From NCBI GenBank assembly GCA_965248835.1, contig CBDFLJ010000002.1, forward strand, positions 1,376,001-1,440,000: a stretch of 64,000 nucleotides of DNA. The letters are read 5' to 3'. Origin of the DNA: Alphaproteobacteria bacterium (GTDB lineage Bacteria > Pseudomonadota > Alphaproteobacteria > MPNO01). Within the stretch, counting starts at the first letter, position 1, and each line of letters begins with the position of its first letter. Below the pieces are notes generated by a model. The model was not told where the DNA came from. It searched no databases and was given only the letters and a program-made list of their open reading frames with translations. Positions 61,696 to 64,000 of the stretch are shown here, one piece after another. The translations under genes and the position numbers were made by a program.

Positions 61696-63064
61696 AGCAC
61701 GCCAGCGGAGCGGCAGTGATGCCCGCGCCGATCTGGCCGGTGCCGGCATCGGCGTGGGCGATACCGGTGTTGATGATCGGCAGCACCCCGGTGTCGACCA
61801 CCTTGCGTGCGTCTATCCCCGCCGGGCTGGCAGCGAAATCGAGGATCGGCAAGGTGAAGGCCGGGTTCTCGCCGATCGTGACGGAGCGCATGGACTGGCT
61901 CGCCGCGATCGCATCGGCCGGGGTGCCGCCGACGAATCGGACGATGGCCGGTGCGGCGGCCATCGCGAACCCGCCGACGCCGGCGGTCTCGGTGATCGCA
62001 CTGTCGCCGATGTCGCGCGCCGCATCCGCCATGGAATAGCCGGGGAAATAGAGCCCGTCGACGAACGGGGCCGGGGTGGTGAACCAGCGGTCGCCGGTCC
62101 CGCTCAGCCTGATTCCGAACTCTACCCCGTTGCGCGCCATCGCGGTGACCATGCTCGAATGGGGCACACCTTCTGCCGCATCGAGCATCGCCTTGCAGGC
62201 CGCCATCGACAGGTTGATGAAGAAGTGGTCGTTGCCGGCGATGAATTCGAAGGCCGCGGCCATTTCGGCCGGCGCCAAGCCGCTCCTGAGCGCGGACGGC
62301 AGCAGCCGTTTGATCAGGAGCGCGGTGCCGGCGACGTTGCGGTTGTGCACCTCATCGCCCATATGGAGCGCCTGGGCCATGATCGGCTTGAGCGCGAGCG
62401 GTCCGTGGGTCTCCAGCGTCCGGGCCAGGACCGCGGCCAGGCTGGTCCGCATCCAGCGCAGCCGCTCGAGCACCTCGGGGCCGTTCGCGCCGAAGCGCAG
62501 CACCTTCCCGAGCCCCTCGTTCAGGCTCGAATAGGCCCGGTTCCCGCCCGCCTGGTTGTCGATGATCCACATCGGCATCGACGGACAGACGATCCCGGCC
62601 ATCGGCCCGACCGCGTCGTGGTGGTGGCACGGCGCGAAGCGCACCGCGCCGCGATCGGCGAGCGCCTGCGCGGCCGCCAGGTTTTCGGCCCAGCCTTCGA
62701 ACAGGATCGCGCCGAGCACCGCACCCTTCATCGGCCCGCACATCTCCTGCCATGCGACCGGCGGCCCGGCATGGAGTATCGTGCGCTCGTCCATGCAAGG
62801 CAGCACCTCCAGGGCCGGGCCGACGCCGGTCAGCACCGGATCGGCATCGAGGTAACGAGCGTGCGCGGTCGCGTTGGCGGCCTCGATCTCCGGATGGCCG
62901 ATCAGCCGGGCGAGCTCCATGCCAACCTCCTTCACCCCCTCCGCCGGCGGTTGCCAGTCGATCGCGACAACCTCCGCTCCGCTGTCCGAGATCGCCCCGG
63001 CGAAGGCCTCCAATCCGAGATTGGCAACGACCAGGTCGTCCTCGATGAGGCGGCGCCCGCCCAT
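61649..63064 (-). CDS. YahG/YlbE-like DUF1116 protein (related to oxamate carbamoyltransferase subunits)
   Basis: ILHAGPP, PCHHHDAVGPMAG, NEGLGKVLRFGAN, ALHMGDEVHNRN, ARNG.EFGIR, DIGDSAITET, INTGIAH. ATG 63064 overlaps the upstream stop (TGATG). Confidence 0.85.
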   Translation of the reverse strand: MGGRRLIEDDLVVANLGLEAFAGAISDSGAEVVAIDWQPPAEGVKEVGMELARLIGHPEIEAANATAHARYLDADPVLTGVGPALEVLPCMDERTILHAGPPVAWQEMCGPMKGAVLGAILFEGWAENLAAAQALADRGAVRFAPCHHHDAVGPMAGIVCPSMPMWIIDNQAGGNRAYSSLNEGLGKVLRFGANGPEVLERLRWMRTSLAAVLARTLETHGPLALKPIMAQALHMGDEVHNRNVAGTALLIKRLLPSALRSGLAPAEMAAAFEFIAGNDHFFINLSMAACKAMLDAAEGVPHSSMVTAMARNGVEFGIRLSGTGDRWFTTPAPFVDGLYFPGYSMADAARDIGDSAITETAGVGGFAMAAAPAIVRFVGGTPADAIAASQSMRSVTIGENPAFTLPILDFAASPAGIDARKVVDTGVLPIINTGIAHADAGTGQIGAGITAAPLACFTQAVSALHRGLAGS

Positions 63065-64000
63065 CACCGGTCCTCCGTCAGATGTGCGAAGGCGGCGCGC
63101 ACCGCAGCCGCGTTGCTGGCGACCAGGGTGAGGCCCGGTCCGGCGAGCCTGGCCTCCTGCGCCGAAAGACGTTGGGGGTCTGCTTCCGTCCCACAGACGA
63201 AGGCAACGAACCGCAGGCCCGGCGAGGCCCGGGTCGCATCTGTGATCGCCGGTGCCAGCGCGCCGGCCGGGTCGGCGTGGACCCCGGTACCCAGCACCAC
63301 GTCGAGCACGATCACCGCGACCGCGGGGTCCGCGGCCGTCTCGGAGATCAGCGCGCAACGCCGGGTGACATCGATCATCGGATGCGGCCGGCCTCTGGTG
63401 TGGGCGTCGTCGCCGAGATCGCGCGCGTCCAGGCATTGCGCGCCGCCGGGCACCGCGGCGGCGATCGCGCGTGCCTCGTGGCAGAACGTCCCGCCGCTGT
63501 AGAGCCCGACAATCCTGCGCCCCGGCACGAGCCGTCCGAAAGCCTCGGCCGGGCGTGCCGGGCCGCCCGCGGCAATGTTCGCCGCGTCCTCCAGCGTGGT
63601 TGCGAAGACGATGCCCGGCGGCACGTCGTCGGGCGGTCCGGCCCCGATGAAACAGATCACGCAAGGCTTGCCGGAACCCGCGCAGGCCTCGATCACCCGT
63701 TTCGCGGGCTCCGTGTCCGGCGGCTTGGAGACGACGACGATACTCTCTGTCCGGCGGTCGCCCGCCAGGGCCTCGAGAGCGGCCAACGTGGTGATCCCGC
63801 CGACATCGGCGGACAGGTCACGCCCGCCGGTGCCGAAGGCATGGCTGACGCCCACGCCGGCGCGGTCCAGCAGGCAGGCGACCTGCTGCAACCCGGTACC
63901 GGAGGCAGCGACGATGCCGACCGGCCCGCGCCGCACCGCGTTGGCGAAGCCGAGCGGGATGCCGCCGAGGATCGCCGTGCCGCAATCGGGCCCCATCACC
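63064..64000 (-). CDS. FdrA/YahF-like acyl-CoA synthetase-family protein (5' end beyond the window)
   Basis: MGPDCGTA, GFAN, AASGTG, GTGGRDLS, SKPP, GLYSGGTFC.EA, DLGDD..T.GRPHPMID, LDVVLG, GT..DPQ. Confidence 0.87.
   Translation of the reverse strand, partial: VMGPDCGTAILGGIPLGFANAVRRGPVGIVAASGTGLQQVACLLDRAGVGVSHAFGTGGRDLSADVGGITTLAALEALAGDRRTESIVVVSKPPDTEPAKRVIEACAGSGKPCVICFIGAGPPDDVPPGIVFATTLEDAANIAAGGPARPAEAFGRLVPGRRIVGLYSGGTFCHEARAIAAAVPGGAQCLDARDLGDDAHTRGRPHPMIDVTRRCALISETAADPAVAVIVLDVVLGTGVHADPAGALAPAITDATRASPGLRFVAFVCGTEADPQRLSAQEARLAGPGLTLVASNAAAVRAAFAHLTEDR

Overview
High-GC alphaproteobacterial chromosome segment; a 25-aa RpoB insert suggests Rhodospirillales or a relative. 1-24 kb is metabolic and accessory. 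It carries the F420 biosynthesis genes cofE-cofD-cofC, the general L-amino-acid ABC transporter aapJQMP, a PuuE-like deacetylase, a Rieske oxygenase with two tandem SDRs, an AbrB-family membrane protein, gpmA and a UbiD decarboxylase with an extra C-terminal domain. It also carries an MDR oxidoreductase, an acyl-CoA ligase, cinA-like/sfsA/map/radC genes with a nitroreductase and an MBL-fold gene inserted, an FAD monooxygenase and a CmcJ/NvfI-family oxygenase. 24-29 kb holds HAD, RluA-family, a probable crcB remnant, rarA and degP-like genes. 28.7-60.7 kb is the uninterrupted minus-strand supercluster tRNA-Tyr, tRNA-Gly, tuf, tRNA-Trp, secE, nusG, rplKAJL, rpoBC, rpsLG, fusA, tuf, then the S10-spc-alpha genes to rplQ. 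The right end holds rlmB and a YahF/FdrA plus YahG/DUF1116 pair. I found no mobile element, integrase or CRISPR array. The most unusual signal is a 62-68 nt tRNA-like element between tRNA-Tyr and tRNA-Gly. On the transcribed strand it folds into a 7-bp acceptor-like stem ending in ACCA, and on the other strand it resembles an inverted degenerate tRNA-Tyr. Other points of note are the crcB remnant with both coupling junctions intact, a 33-bp tandem repeat in rpoC, a UbiD-wHTH-like fusion and the unusual codon usage of two apparently identical tuf copies. All calls come from reading the sequence; no searches were run.
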